IMG/VR virus record: IMGVR_UViG_3300037247_001239
Coordinates: 10,579 to 74,578 of that record
Strand: one strand, 5' to 3'
DNA: 64,000 nucleotides
From: a virus
Each line of letters begins with the position of its first letter. Within the stretch, counting starts at the first letter, position 1. Below the pieces are notes generated by a model. That model made no database searches. It saw only the letters and a list, made by a program, of their open reading frames with translations, and had not been told where the DNA came from. Shown here one piece after another: positions 37,709 to 47,333 of this stretch. The position numbers and the translations under genes were made by a program.

Positions 37709-38748
37709 CACAAAAACTCCGCATGGGTCTTGGGCTGCACCGCGTCTTTCAGCTCCCGGTTGATATGATCCGCCCGACAGAACGGCACGCACTTCTGCAC
37801 GTCGGTCCGCTCGATCAGGTCCTGCTTCTCCTGCGACTCCCAAATCTCTGCCAGAGGATGCTCCAGTACGTTGCCGATCTCCATCCCCGCCACGTCCCGG
37901 TAGTGGCAGCAGAGCGGCATCGAGCCGTCTGCCTGGACCACGCCCACGAAATGGGCCCCGTGGCAGAGCTTGTAGGGCCGCCGCCAGTTGGCAAAGTGCC
38001 GGTACTTCTGTTCGGAGGCCAGTACCTTGAACGTCTCCGTCTCGTATTGCCGGCAGACGGGCAGCACGTCGTCGATGTCCGTCTCGTCGTACAGGCAGGG
38101 CCGGAACTGGATGTAGTCGGCACCCCTATTTCTGACCTCTTTTGTTGCACTGAGCATTCCGCGTTTTGTCTCGGCCGAGGTGAGGTACCCCACGCCAATC
38201 GTACAATCGGCATCGGCGGCCGTCTTGGAGGGACGCAACGCCCCTATCGCGTTCAGCGCTTCATCAAACCCGTCCACCCCATGTACCGCTTGGTACATCA
38301 CCGAATCGCTAGCATCCAGACTTACCCGAATCCACTCACAAGCCCGGACCAGGGTTTTCATTTGCTGCACTTCCTGGAGGGCACGCTCAAGACCACGCAA
38401 GGGACCCGCCGTGCCTATCAACGTCCCGTTCGTAATCAGCCCCACCCTCAGCCCCTGTTGGGCCGCAAACCCGCACAGTTCCGCACAATCCTCGTGCATC
38501 AACGGCTCGCCCCCGCCGGTGAACATCACCCCCTGCACCCCGTACTCGGCCATCTCGACCAGGATGTGACGGGCGTCGTCGGCGTTCATCTCGCGCCCGG
38601 CCCGTCCGCCGATACACTGCGGACACTTGTGGTTGCAGCGGTCGGTCAGGTCCAGTTCCATCGTCACCGGCGGCGGGACCTTGCCGTCGCGGTACGCCAC
38701 GACCCGGTCGGCCCAGGCCCAGAGCTTGTTGGTTCCGAAGATGTTCAT
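37708..38748 (-). CDS. radical SAM / SPASM protein
   Basis: CNHKCPQC, FTGGGEPL, ITNG, C-terminal C..VQADG..CC..GN..IW..C..C. Confidence 0.9.
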   Translation of the reverse strand: MNIFGTNKLWAWADRVVAYRDGKVPPPVTMELDLTDRCNHKCPQCIGGRAGREMNADDARHILVEMAEYGVQGVMFTGGGEPLMHEDCAELCGFAAQQGLRVGLITNGTLIGTAGPLRGLERALQEVQQMKTLVRACEWIRVSLDASDSVMYQAVHGVDGFDEALNAIGALRPSKTAADADCTIGVGYLTSAETKRGMLSATKEVRNRGADYIQFRPCLYDETDIDDVLPVCRQYETETFKVLASEQKYRHFANWRRPYKLCHGAHFVGVVQADGSMPLCCHYRDVAGMEIGNVLEHPLAEIWESQEKQDLIERTDVQKCVPFCRADHINRELKDAVQPKTHAEFL

Positions 38749-38888
38749 CGCTTCTTCTTTTCTCGACTCTTTCTGGACTTCCTTACTACTGCGGTAGCCT
38801 TGGCCCCCGAGCCGGTCGACTCGTGGACGTGCTCCCACATTCTGTGTTCCTTCGCCGACAGTTTTTTACCGCCTAGTTTCTTGGGCAT
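38745..38888 (-). CDS. 47-aa very basic protein not in ORF track
   Basis: MPKKLGGKKLSAKEHRMWEHVHESTGSGAKATAVVRKSRKSREKKKR; ATGA-coupled to the radical SAM gene. Confidence 0.6.
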   Translation of the reverse strand: MPKKLGGKKLSAKEHRMWEHVHESTGSGAKATAVVRKSRKSREKKKR

Positions 38889-39861
38889 CGTTTTGCCTCC
38901 GTATCCTGGCCTTCAACTCGGTCGAGTTGTAGCCCGGGGTGTACGGCACCTCGACCAGCTTCCCGCCCCAGTGTGGCAGGGCGTCTATCACGAGTTGCCG
39001 AGACGCCGCCTGAACACCTTCCCGCCAATCGTCGCCGTGTACCACGTAGGCCGGCTTGTGGGCCAAGAGGCTCCGGAGGTAGTCTCCCTGACACGTCACG
39101 TGGGCCACGCCCTTCAGTCCCGTGGCCACCGCCAGCCGTGCGGAATAGCCGAACGCCGGCTCTGGCTTGTATTTGCAAATTGCCTCGTCGGATAGCAGCC
39201 CTATCCAAACCTCCTTTGCGTCCAGCGAGGCAGCCACACTCAATACGTTCAGGTGTCCCGGATGCACCACGTCCAGACACATCGGCACGTAGGCGATGTC
39301 CTGTTTTGTCAAGAAGTGCGGCTTGTACGCTCGATGCTCGCACGGCTGATTGTACTCTGTGTCGGGAACTTCCCACTGGTCGTAAAGTTCGTGGAGGATG
39401 TACACATAATCGCTGGGTACATTGAACAGCCTGCCGTATAGCACCCCCGGCCGCCATGCGCCAAACGCCTCGGCGGCAAGCACGATACAAAACGGATCGG
39501 GGCTGCCGTGGGTAGGGTTGTAGCGGTACGGCCCGAGCTTGGTAAACGCCGTCAGGTCGCCGTGTTCGCCGTACCCCTTGAACTTCACCGCGTAGGGCCG
39601 CCCGTCCCAGTAGCCGGCGTGGCGGTGGTCGATCACCTCGGTCTGGATCCCCCGCCGCTGTATGGCCTTGACAATCGCCTCGACGGCCGGCTCGAACTCC
39701 TCGGCCCTCGCCCAGAGGTCGATGTCGCGGTCGATTGCAATGAACTTGTCCTCACGGGTCCAGCCCAACAGCGTGCCGGCCCCCAAGCAGAACGGCAGCC
39801 TAACATCCTTCAGGGCATCGGCCACATGGAACAGCAGCTTGCAGGCGTTGTGTTCGTTCAT
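38866..39861 (-). CDS. LicD-family transferase fused to cytidylyltransferase
   Basis: GTLLGWTRE..I..DRDIDL; HPGH, VVHGDDW, EVPYTPGYNST. Confidence 0.85.
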   Translation of the reverse strand: MNEHNACKLLFHVADALKDVRLPFCLGAGTLLGWTREDKFIAIDRDIDLWARAEEFEPAVEAIVKAIQRRGIQTEVIDHRHAGYWDGRPYAVKFKGYGEHGDLTAFTKLGPYRYNPTHGSPDPFCIVLAAEAFGAWRPGVLYGRLFNVPSDYVYILHELYDQWEVPDTEYNQPCEHRAYKPHFLTKQDIAYVPMCLDVVHPGHLNVLSVAASLDAKEVWIGLLSDEAICKYKPEPAFGYSARLAVATGLKGVAHVTCQGDYLRSLLAHKPAYVVHGDDWREGVQAASRQLVIDALPHWGGKLVEVPYTPGYNSTELKARIRRQNDAQETRR

Positions 39862-41207
39862 CCGGTTGCGCTCACGGTCTGTTGTCGAAACGCGAGATTG
39901 CCAATACACCCCCGGCAGCAATCATGTCGAGTCCTAGGGAACCCGGCCAGCAACTCCAGGTATCCCACCTGTAGACGGCAGTGGCTCTCGGGATACCGGG
40001 CCAGATCCAGGCCAAACTCATTCGCCACCGTGACCAGCATTGCGCAGCCGTAGACGCGGTCGCCCAGCAACGCCGGACCCTCGCACCCGCATCGGGCCGG
40101 CAGCACCTCGCTGCCGGCCAGTTCACGGGGGATCAGGTAGTGCCGCCGCCGGGGCGCCACCTCGACCTTGGCCCCGTACCGTTCTTGCAGCCGCCGAATG
40201 GCCCGGTTGTTGTCGCCATAGTACGAAATCCGCAACGTCGACAGCGATTCCATCAACCCATCGGTCACCCGGTCGACGGGATCCCCATTCGTAAACAGGT
40301 TCACCTGGTCGCCCAGTCCCGACTCCCGCAACAGCCGGGCTCCCTCCTCGACGTGCGGCCACAGCAGCGGTTCGCCACCGGTGAGGATCAGCGAGCGGTA
40401 GGGCGGATAGCCAGACGCCTTGGTGAGCTGGATCCATTCCACAAGGTCGTTCAGCGATAGTTCGTAGTCGGGGGCCCACCGGCGAAACCCCCGCTGCGAA
40501 CACTCGGGGCAGTCCCGCGTGCAACGGGCGGTGGTGAAGAAATTGAAATGATTGTTCTGGTGGTCCAGCACGGGCAGCCTATTCGTGAGATAGTTCTTCG
40601 GCGGCTGCATCCGGCCAATCCGCAGATTCTCCAGGTTGCCCCCGAGGATCCGCTGGTCGCGCGGCGGATGATCAACGTGCATCAAGGGAAACTGCCGCAA
40701 CTCCACGGTCTCGATCCCACGCTCCCTCCGCCGCAACGCTAGGATGTCGTCCTCGCCGCCGTGGCCGGTCAGCCGCTCGTCCCAACCGCCCACCCGCAAC
40801 CAGTCGGCCGCGGTCATGGCCACCCAGCTACCGGTCCCGTCCTCTCGGATTGGCAGCCCCAGCCACCCTTTCCAGTCCAGCTCGCCGGCCCTCTCCGCAG
40901 GCAGGTTGCGACACTTGGCCCACACGGCCGTGCCGTCCGCAACCGTGCGCCGCGTATGCTCGACCAGTCCCGGGGGCACCAGCATATCTACGTCGGTGCA
41001 GACGATCGCCCGGGAGGAAGACAGGGCCGCAAGAATCCCGTCGTTGCGGGCCTTGGCTCGGCTGAACTCGTCTAGTTTAATTGCCATGTGGAGATTGATT
41101 AGTTCGTAGCCAAGTGTTTTTTGCAGCGTGGCCTTGAAGCGATCCCGGACTTCGTCGGAGATCCCCACGGCAGCAACCACGATTCCCAACGGGCGGTTAT
41201 CCATCAT
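39858..41207 (-). CDS. glycosyltransferase - radical SAM fusion
   Basis: SRAKARN, DVDM, GGWDE..GHGGEDD; CTRDCPEC, LTGGEPL, FTNG. Confidence 0.85.
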   Translation of the reverse strand: MMDNRPLGIVVAAVGISDEVRDRFKATLQKTLGYELINLHMAIKLDEFSRAKARNDGILAALSSSRAIVCTDVDMLVPPGLVEHTRRTVADGTAVWAKCRNLPAERAGELDWKGWLGLPIREDGTGSWVAMTAADWLRVGGWDERLTGHGGEDDILALRRRERGIETVELRQFPLMHVDHPPRDQRILGGNLENLRIGRMQPPKNYLTNRLPVLDHQNNHFNFFTTARCTRDCPECSQRGFRRWAPDYELSLNDLVEWIQLTKASGYPPYRSLILTGGEPLLWPHVEEGARLLRESGLGDQVNLFTNGDPVDRVTDGLMESLSTLRISYYGDNNRAIRRLQERYGAKVEVAPRRRHYLIPRELAGSEVLPARCGCEGPALLGDRVYGCAMLVTVANEFGLDLARYPESHCRLQVGYLELLAGFPRTRHDCCRGCIGNLAFRQQTVSATG

Positions 41208-41800
41208 AGATGGTGCTTTCGTCTAATGTACGCACTGCTGGCCGGGCCGTAATCCTGCGCGCTGATCCCCCGGTCAAGGTAATGGGCGTCGAATAGAACA
41301 TCGTCCACCAGCACGCCCCGCCAGTCAGCCTCAAGCATTGTCAGCCAGCAGTCCCAGTCGATGAAACTCCTGAGATGCTCGTCCCAGCCGCGAAACGCAG
41401 GGGCACGCATCAGGCTCATCACGCTGATACTGTTGCGACCCCTGAGATGTTTCCAGGTAAACGGTTCTGCCACGATGATCTTGCCGTCCGGTACCTTGCA
41501 TTCGCCGCCCGCGTGGACGACCCGGTAGTGCCCGTAGGCCACGCCCACCGTGAGGTCCTCCTTGATAGCCTGATACAAACGCCGCAAAGCATCCTGGTGC
41601 AAAACAACATCATCGTCGCAGAAGAACAGGAAGGGTTGCGTGGCCTTCCGCCAGCCTCGGTTGCGTTTCTCCGACGCGCCCCCCGGCCCCAGCTCGATAA
41701 TGATCTCCGCCGGCCTGTTCTCCACGATCGCCCGTATCACCGGCAAACAGAAGAAGTCTTGCCTCGACTCCTGGAGGGTCACGATCACGCTGATCGGCAA
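41204..41800 (-). CDS. glycosyltransferase family 2 (start approximate)
   Basis: ISVIV, KRNRG, FFCDDD, WDE..F.DWD.WL. Confidence 0.85.
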   Translation of the reverse strand: MPISVIVTLQESRQDFFCLPVIRAIVENRPAEIIIELGPGGASEKRNRGWRKATQPFLFFCDDDVVLHQDALRRLYQAIKEDLTVGVAYGHYRVVHAGGECKVPDGKIIVAEPFTWKHLRGRNSISVMSLMRAPAFRGWDEHLRSFIDWDCWLTMLEADWRGVLVDDVLFDAHYLDRGISAQDYGPASSAYIRRKHHL

Positions 41801-41804
41801 GGTT

Positions 41805-42467
41805 TCAGATTCGTTTTTCAGACACACCGTACTTCTCTTTCTGCACGTAGGGAAGATCATGACCACGAAAGCCCTCGATTTGCTCACAGGTAAGCGACGT
41901 AATCTTCATCGCAGGTTTGCCGATGGCCGCAATCAGGTACCCGTCGCCGGTGACCTTCGGAGCGAATTGCCTGAACACGCTGCTGCGGCACACGTAACAG
42001 GCATGTACCGTGGACACCCTTCCGGCACGGCACGCACAGGGGAAGTCGCGTTCGTTGGACACACGGAGCGAGGCGCCCACACCAACTCGTTTGAGCATTA
42101 CCGCCGCCGCGTCGGTCTCTTCCAGTAACGCAACCATACTGCCCAGCCATCCCCAAGGCACCAGGATGTCGTTGTCGTGCTTCACGATGTACTCCGAGTC
42201 GTCGGCGATATGTTCCAGCGCTGCCAGCATCCCGCCGAAGTCGCCGGTGTTCTCCGGCAAGTGGATCGCGCGGACCCGGCTGTACCACTTGCTCGGCATT
42301 GCGGCGATCCAGTCCAGCCACTCACGGGTCCCGTCGGTCGACGCCTGGTTGATGACCAGGTGCTCGTAGTCGGGGTAGTGCGTGTTGTTGCGTATGGCCG
42401 CCACCGTCTGGACGGTGTACTCCAAGCGGTTGCGAGCCCGGGTCACGATGCTTACTTTGCCGTTCAT
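41805..42467 (-). CDS. glycosyltransferase family 2
   Basis: VSIVT..NR, NQASTDGT, KHDND. Confidence 0.85.
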   Translation of the reverse strand: MNGKVSIVTRARNRLEYTVQTVAAIRNNTHYPDYEHLVINQASTDGTREWLDWIAAMPSKWYSRVRAIHLPENTGDFGGMLAALEHIADDSEYIVKHDNDILVPWGWLGSMVALLEETDAAAVMLKRVGVGASLRVSNERDFPCACRAGRVSTVHACYVCRSSVFRQFAPKVTGDGYLIAAIGKPAMKITSLTCEQIEGFRGHDLPYVQKEKYGVSEKRI

Positions 42468-43186
42468 GCAGAAGCCACCTCGTCCCAGTCAATCAATGGG
42501 CTCAACCACTGCGCCTCGCAGTGCGTGGCGTAGGCGGGTACGGCCGAGCCGATGGTAGCTCCCAGCCTGCACAACTCTCGGAATATATCGAAATCCGGGG
42601 GCACGATTTCCCCCTTGCTCATCTCGTAGAACACCCCCGCGTCCTTCCGCAGCGTCCCCAGCCGGCACGCAAACGTCATGGTGGTGGAGTTGGTCAGCTT
42701 GAAGTGACAGCGTGGCCCCAGGTAGAGTCGCGTGTTCTCCGCCCTGAAGGCGACCAACGGGTTGGGGCCGCCATCGAGATACTTGTCCGGATGGTCGTAG
42801 AGTGTGAGGTAGTGAAAGTCCAGGGCCATCCCCTCGTGGATCACCTCCGCCGCGCCCGGCCGGTGCAGGTAGTCGTCCTCTACCAGGTAGACGATCTCGT
42901 CGTCGGAGGCGTCGAGGCTGAGGGTGTAGTCCAGTGCCCGCAAAAACGCCTCGGCGCCGTTGGCGGCCTGGATGGGGCAGAGGTGAGCGGGTTCGTGCGG
43001 GCAAAGAACCGTAAGAAAGGCGTCAAATTGGACAGGGGTACCAAAACCATGGGCAACGAAATGGAGGCTGGCCTTGCTGCCAAGCACCTTGACGCAGCTA
43101 GCCAAGCACTCTTTCTTAGAAAACCACCCTGGCCGCGGCTTGCCCGTATCCTTCTCGGGAGAGATCCGGTACACAATCTGCATCAC
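42464..43186 (-). CDS. GT-A-like glycosyltransferase
   Basis: VYLVEDDYLH, YDHPD, STTMTF, ATH. Confidence 0.75.
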   Translation of the reverse strand: MMQIVYRISPEKDTGKPRPGWFSKKECLASCVKVLGSKASLHFVAHGFGTPVQFDAFLTVLCPHEPAHLCPIQAANGAEAFLRALDYTLSLDASDDEIVYLVEDDYLHRPGAAEVIHEGMALDFHYLTLYDHPDKYLDGGPNPLVAFRAENTRLYLGPRCHFKLTNSTTMTFACRLGTLRKDAGVFYEMSKGEIVPPDFDIFRELCRLGATIGSAVPAYATHCEAQWLSPLIDWDEVASA

Positions 43187-43449
43187 ATCACCTCCAATTC
43201 CCTGAGTTTCTGGAGCAACCCCGGGGGCGGCGGTCCCTCATTGAAGTTGCAGGTCCCGTCGTCGCCGCGAATCAGCCGCAACGTGAAGTCGTACGCACGG
43301 GCCGCCTCTTCCGGGCTATCGAAGTAACCCAGGTTCAGATGGCGATCGCCACCCCAGCGGATCTTGGCCCTCCACCGCCGGTTGGTGCAGTGCCAGGAAA
43401 CTCCGCGATAATGTGGTGCATCGCTGGGCGGCTGATGCTTCTTCGTCAC
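43183..43449 (-). CDS. stand-alone AP2/ERF DNA-binding domain protein
   Basis: YRGVSW..WRAKI..LGYFDSPEEAARAYD..NF. Confidence 0.85.
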   Translation of the reverse strand: MTKKHQPPSDAPHYRGVSWHCTNRRWRAKIRWGGDRHLNLGYFDSPEEAARAYDFTLRLIRGDDGTCNFNEGPPPPGLLQKLRELEVM

Positions 43450-43450
43450 G

Positions 43451-43660
43451 TCAGGTTCTCCGCAAAACGTCCTCCGACCCGCTCCCGCGCGCCATGGTGG
43501 TCTCGGCCGAGCGGGCCGCCTTCCCCAACGTAGCCTCGGTGGTGGCAACGCGACGGATCGTGGTGGGGAGGGTGACTGGGGGCGCCACGCCCAAGCCAGT
43601 CCACGTCCCACTGGCAAAGGTATCGCTCGCAAACGTGTTGCTGGCGAAGCTGTTTTTCAT
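43451..43660 (-). CDS. small protein associated with fibre gene
   Basis: FASNTFASDTFAS repeats; ATGA coupling. Confidence 0.5.
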   Translation of the reverse strand: MKNSFASNTFASDTFASGTWTGLGVAPPVTLPTTIRRVATTEATLGKAARSAETTMARGSGSEDVLRRT

Positions 43661-46539
43661 CCGTAGCTCACCCCAGTCCGATCTCCATCTTCTGTCACGG
43701 TCACAGTAACCCGTGTAGTACTTCCGTCGACCCCCTTGAAGACCTCCGTTCCCGTCCCGGCCCCCGAGACCTTGCCCGCACACGCCGCCGCGATAATCCG
43801 CAATGCCGCCTGGATCGACTTGCCGTCGATGGGCGTGTCGGTCTGGAGCACATCGACCATCTCGGTATTGACCTGGGCGGGCGTGGCCAGCAAGGCGTGG
43901 GCCGTATCCATTTCCGCCTTCGTGGGCCCATCATAGTCTGACAATGCTGCGTCAGCCTCAGCGTTGATGTTCGTGAGGTTGATCGCCGCATCCTGCGTCA
44001 GGCTCGTTGTCGTGCCGTTGTCGGTGATCGAGCAGTTGCCCCGGACGACTACTGTCAGGCTCGTACAGGTCGCGTCTATGATAAGCTGCCCATCTGTTTC
44101 AATCGATATAATGGTCGTGGCAACAGCATTGTTGATCTGAACCCCCCCCGAACCGTGCCGCATATACAGGTCTATATCTGCAACACTATTGATGTTCACG
44201 ATGGGTGTGCCGCTGCCAGCAACGGCAGACGACCAATAATCGAAGTGGCAATCCGCACGGATTGTCAAAGTTCCAGCGGCAAGAAGACAGCTTACCGATG
44301 TAACTTCCAATCCCGTAATTGCAGAGAGAACACAGCATTCGGCTTGGAACCGCCCCGTCCCGCCTTGGGCACCTGTAATCAGCACGTGCCTGAAGTGGCT
44401 GTTATCCACATCCTGAGAGCCAAGATTGACCGAGTTCGCCATCATTTCGCCAATACCGATGAATTCATAGTCCTCCATCGTCGCGGTGAGGGTGACAGAC
44501 GAATTGTTGACAAGGTAGATGCGGTCTACGCCAAGACTGTCCGCGATAGTCTTTGCTGCGGCAATCGTCGATACCTTGTTCGCCCAAGTGCCATCGGTCC
44601 CGTTCACCGTGTTCGTGTTCGCTGCGGCGTCGTCAAGATAGACACCGGGACCGTAGGGACCCGCGTAGGCTGAGCCAAAAGTTCCTACTAAAGTTGCTGC
44701 GATATCAGCACCCTTCCATGCACCATCTGTGTTGACAGTAGGACTTCCGGTTAGGTTGTTGACAATACTCTTGTAAGACCCTCTGATCTCAACGCTAGCG
44801 TCTGCACCGTTCAGCGTCACTGTCCCGAGACGACCATTGATGGTAATTGTATCACCAGACTGCAATCCAGAGACCGTAATACTGTCCATCCAGTTGCGCC
44901 ATTCAGCGGTGATAGCCTGACCAGCGGTCTTTGTGAAAGTCGGGGCACCAGCTCCCGCAACGTTGCTATAGCAATTATGGTATTCATAGTCACCCGCAAG
45001 AGTTTGAGTGACAGTACCGCTGAACGCACAGAAATCAAAGTGCCCAATCTGAACCGACATTGTGCCGACATCGCAACCCTCATAATGGACTTCCGTTGCT
45101 GATGTCCCAACTCCTGTTACATGAGCACCCTGGAAATAAGCCCCGTTTACATCCTGACCGCCGAGCGCAAGCGTCCAGTTGTCGCCAAAGTACGATTCAT
45201 TGACCGTACTTTCTGCCAAAGTGAACGAGGAACCGTTGATGATGTGGAAATCCATCAAATTAACGGCAGAATTACCTGAAAGCGTCTTTGCATCGGCCAA
45301 GGTTAGCACTGCCTTGTCAGCTACACCATTAACAAAAGGCTCTGTTCCTGCCACACCATTAACGGTATTCACCCAAACCCGTCCATTGGCGTATCCAACT
45401 GACTGGCCGATGTTCACCGCCTTTACCAACACCTTATCGACGCTCAGGTTAGAAGGTGTTGTGGTGTCGGTCTCGAAGCGGATGTAAACCTTACCTAACT
45501 CTGTTCCTGTTCCCGTATGTTTAAGCAATAGAGGTAGATCAAGGGCCTTGAATGTTGACCCTCCAGACCCTTCCACCGTGCCTATAATCTCCCAATCTGA
45601 ACCAACGTGATCGAATGCCTTAACCTTAATTTCATCAGCATTTCCGCTTACATTGGCAAGTATTGAAACCTCACTGGCCGTACGACCACCACCTACCGAA
45701 GCCCCGTAAACAATGTCTATGTCGTTGGGGCCGGCATCGTCGATGTCATGCACCACGCCATCCGCCGCTTCAAGATTTGCAAAGGTAGTAGCACCCTGCA
45801 CCGAACCCACGAACACTTCGCCCTTGATCGACGATACAATAGTCTCCGATCCTGTAAACGTCTCGGACACAAAAGTATCTGTGATGACAACCTCATTCAC
45901 TGTCTGGCTGATGATCGCGAAGGCACCGTTGTAATTCACGGTACCCGCGATCGTTACCTCACGGCCCGCAATAAATGCATGGCCTGTGACCGGAATACCG
46001 ACCAGACCGCCGCCCTTATCTACCGCAGCGGCATTGTCGATAGTGTCCGTTGTTGTATTGTCCTCGGATATGTTGATATTTACCGAGCCGCCTGACGCCG
46101 CGCCGATATTGTCAACTTGTGACTGCGTAGCCGGCATTTGGCTGCTCTCCGTTGCATCGACGAGGATGTCGTTCAGTGCCGAGTTACGGAATCCAATCAC
46201 CGGTCCGATCCACGGCAAAATGCCGGTCGCGAATCCCGAGAACCATCCGAAACCCTCCGCATCGTTGTTGATCGAACCCCCGCCCGATGCGGGAATCTCA
46301 ATCGAGTACATCCCATTGCCCTTATTTGTCCAATCGTACACTCCGGCAGTCGTCGGCGTTACGGCGGTCTGTGTGTAGGCTCCAGCAGTTGTGACGAAGT
46401 TCCAAACTAGGTCCATGCCTGCCTGGTCATAGGTTACGGACTCCTCCCGCGTCTTGAAATCTGTGTCGTCAATTAACGCGACGATATTCACCGGTACTGC
46501 CGCTAGGGCTGCATCAACGTCCATCCATATCGCAGGCAT
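43657..46539 (-). CDS. large fibre/adhesin-like virion protein with two beta-helix-like modules
   Basis: Start MPAIW at 46539; twice VxV..G....TxA.AKT motif; Thr/Gly/Asp rich. Confidence 0.6.
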   Translation of the reverse strand: MPAIWMDVDAALAAVPVNIVALIDDTDFKTREESVTYDQAGMDLVWNFVTTAGAYTQTAVTPTTAGVYDWTNKGNGMYSIEIPASGGGSINNDAEGFGWFSGFATGILPWIGPVIGFRNSALNDILVDATESSQMPATQSQVDNIGAASGGSVNINISEDNTTTDTIDNAAAVDKGGGLVGIPVTGHAFIAGREVTIAGTVNYNGAFAIISQTVNEVVITDTFVSETFTGSETIVSSIKGEVFVGSVQGATTFANLEAADGVVHDIDDAGPNDIDIVYGASVGGGRTASEVSILANVSGNADEIKVKAFDHVGSDWEIIGTVEGSGGSTFKALDLPLLLKHTGTGTELGKVYIRFETDTTTPSNLSVDKVLVKAVNIGQSVGYANGRVWVNTVNGVAGTEPFVNGVADKAVLTLADAKTLSGNSAVNLMDFHIINGSSFTLAESTVNESYFGDNWTLALGGQDVNGAYFQGAHVTGVGTSATEVHYEGCDVGTMSVQIGHFDFCAFSGTVTQTLAGDYEYHNCYSNVAGAGAPTFTKTAGQAITAEWRNWMDSITVSGLQSGDTITINGRLGTVTLNGADASVEIRGSYKSIVNNLTGSPTVNTDGAWKGADIAATLVGTFGSAYAGPYGPGVYLDDAAANTNTVNGTDGTWANKVSTIAAAKTIADSLGVDRIYLVNNSSVTLTATMEDYEFIGIGEMMANSVNLGSQDVDNSHFRHVLITGAQGGTGRFQAECCVLSAITGLEVTSVSCLLAAGTLTIRADCHFDYWSSAVAGSGTPIVNINSVADIDLYMRHGSGGVQINNAVATTIISIETDGQLIIDATCTSLTVVVRGNCSITDNGTTTSLTQDAAINLTNINAEADAALSDYDGPTKAEMDTAHALLATPAQVNTEMVDVLQTDTPIDGKSIQAALRIIAAACAGKVSGAGTGTEVFKGVDGSTTRVTVTVTEDGDRTGVSYG

Positions 46540-47333
46540 TAGACGGCCCCCGCTACTTGTTGCTGGTAGTAATACCAAGGATTGCCTACCGCCGGAGCCG
46601 CCGCTGCCGGATACACCTGGCTGCGGAGACGGGGAATGGCGGAGGGGTCGGCGACGTAAATGCCAATTTCGCTGGATGTAAGAGCACGGTTGTAGAAGTA
46701 TAGTCCGTTGATCGTTATCCAATCCGGTGCAAAAAAGTTGGAGACGCCAATCTTATTGATGTTTGCCCAATCAAACGTCTGAGCCGACACCTTTTCTGGC
46801 GACTGCCATACCCCATCGATGTACAGATTGTATGCCGTACCCTTCTTCGTTACTGCCCAAACACGACTGCCGGAGATCAAGTCATCGCCAACAGTCCAAG
46901 TATGAGAACTACCGTCGTCGAAACCGACAATCACAGTACCATTTGATCTGATTTGCAGAAGGCTGTTGGATACTTCACCCGTAGCTTTCCCCAGAAACGT
47001 GAACCTCCTGGTCCCGGTCAAGTCGGGATTGGAGTCTGCTACAGCAACGACCGTCCAATCGCCGGGATCAGCCATTGCCGTAATCAGTGTGTGGTCCGTT
47101 TCTGTGTGTTTTAGTCCCCATCCAAACCGACTCGCCATCCAAGCCGTCGCCGGGTCCATGTTGGTCAGCGTGCCATGGTTGCCGTAACCGCTCCAATCCC
47201 GCAGCGTCAACCCCGTCGGCCCCAAAGTCGGAGCCCACAGGCCCTTGAGTCCGGTCCAGAGATTGGGATTCTCAGACTCGGCAGCGTTGCGAGCGAAGCC
47301 CTGTTTGTACGATGGGATTAAGAGACTGGACAC
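46539..47333 (-). CDS. LamG / concanavalin-like domain protein
   Basis: LRDWSGYGNHGTL, LYIDG, FYNRALTSSEI. Confidence 0.8.
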   Translation of the reverse strand: MSSLLIPSYKQGFARNAAESENPNLWTGLKGLWAPTLGPTGLTLRDWSGYGNHGTLTNMDPATAWMASRFGWGLKHTETDHTLITAMADPGDWTVVAVADSNPDLTGTRRFTFLGKATGEVSNSLLQIRSNGTVIVGFDDGSSHTWTVGDDLISGSRVWAVTKKGTAYNLYIDGVWQSPEKVSAQTFDWANINKIGVSNFFAPDWITINGLYFYNRALTSSEIGIYVADPSAIPRLRSQVYPAAAAPAVGNPWYYYQQQVAGAV

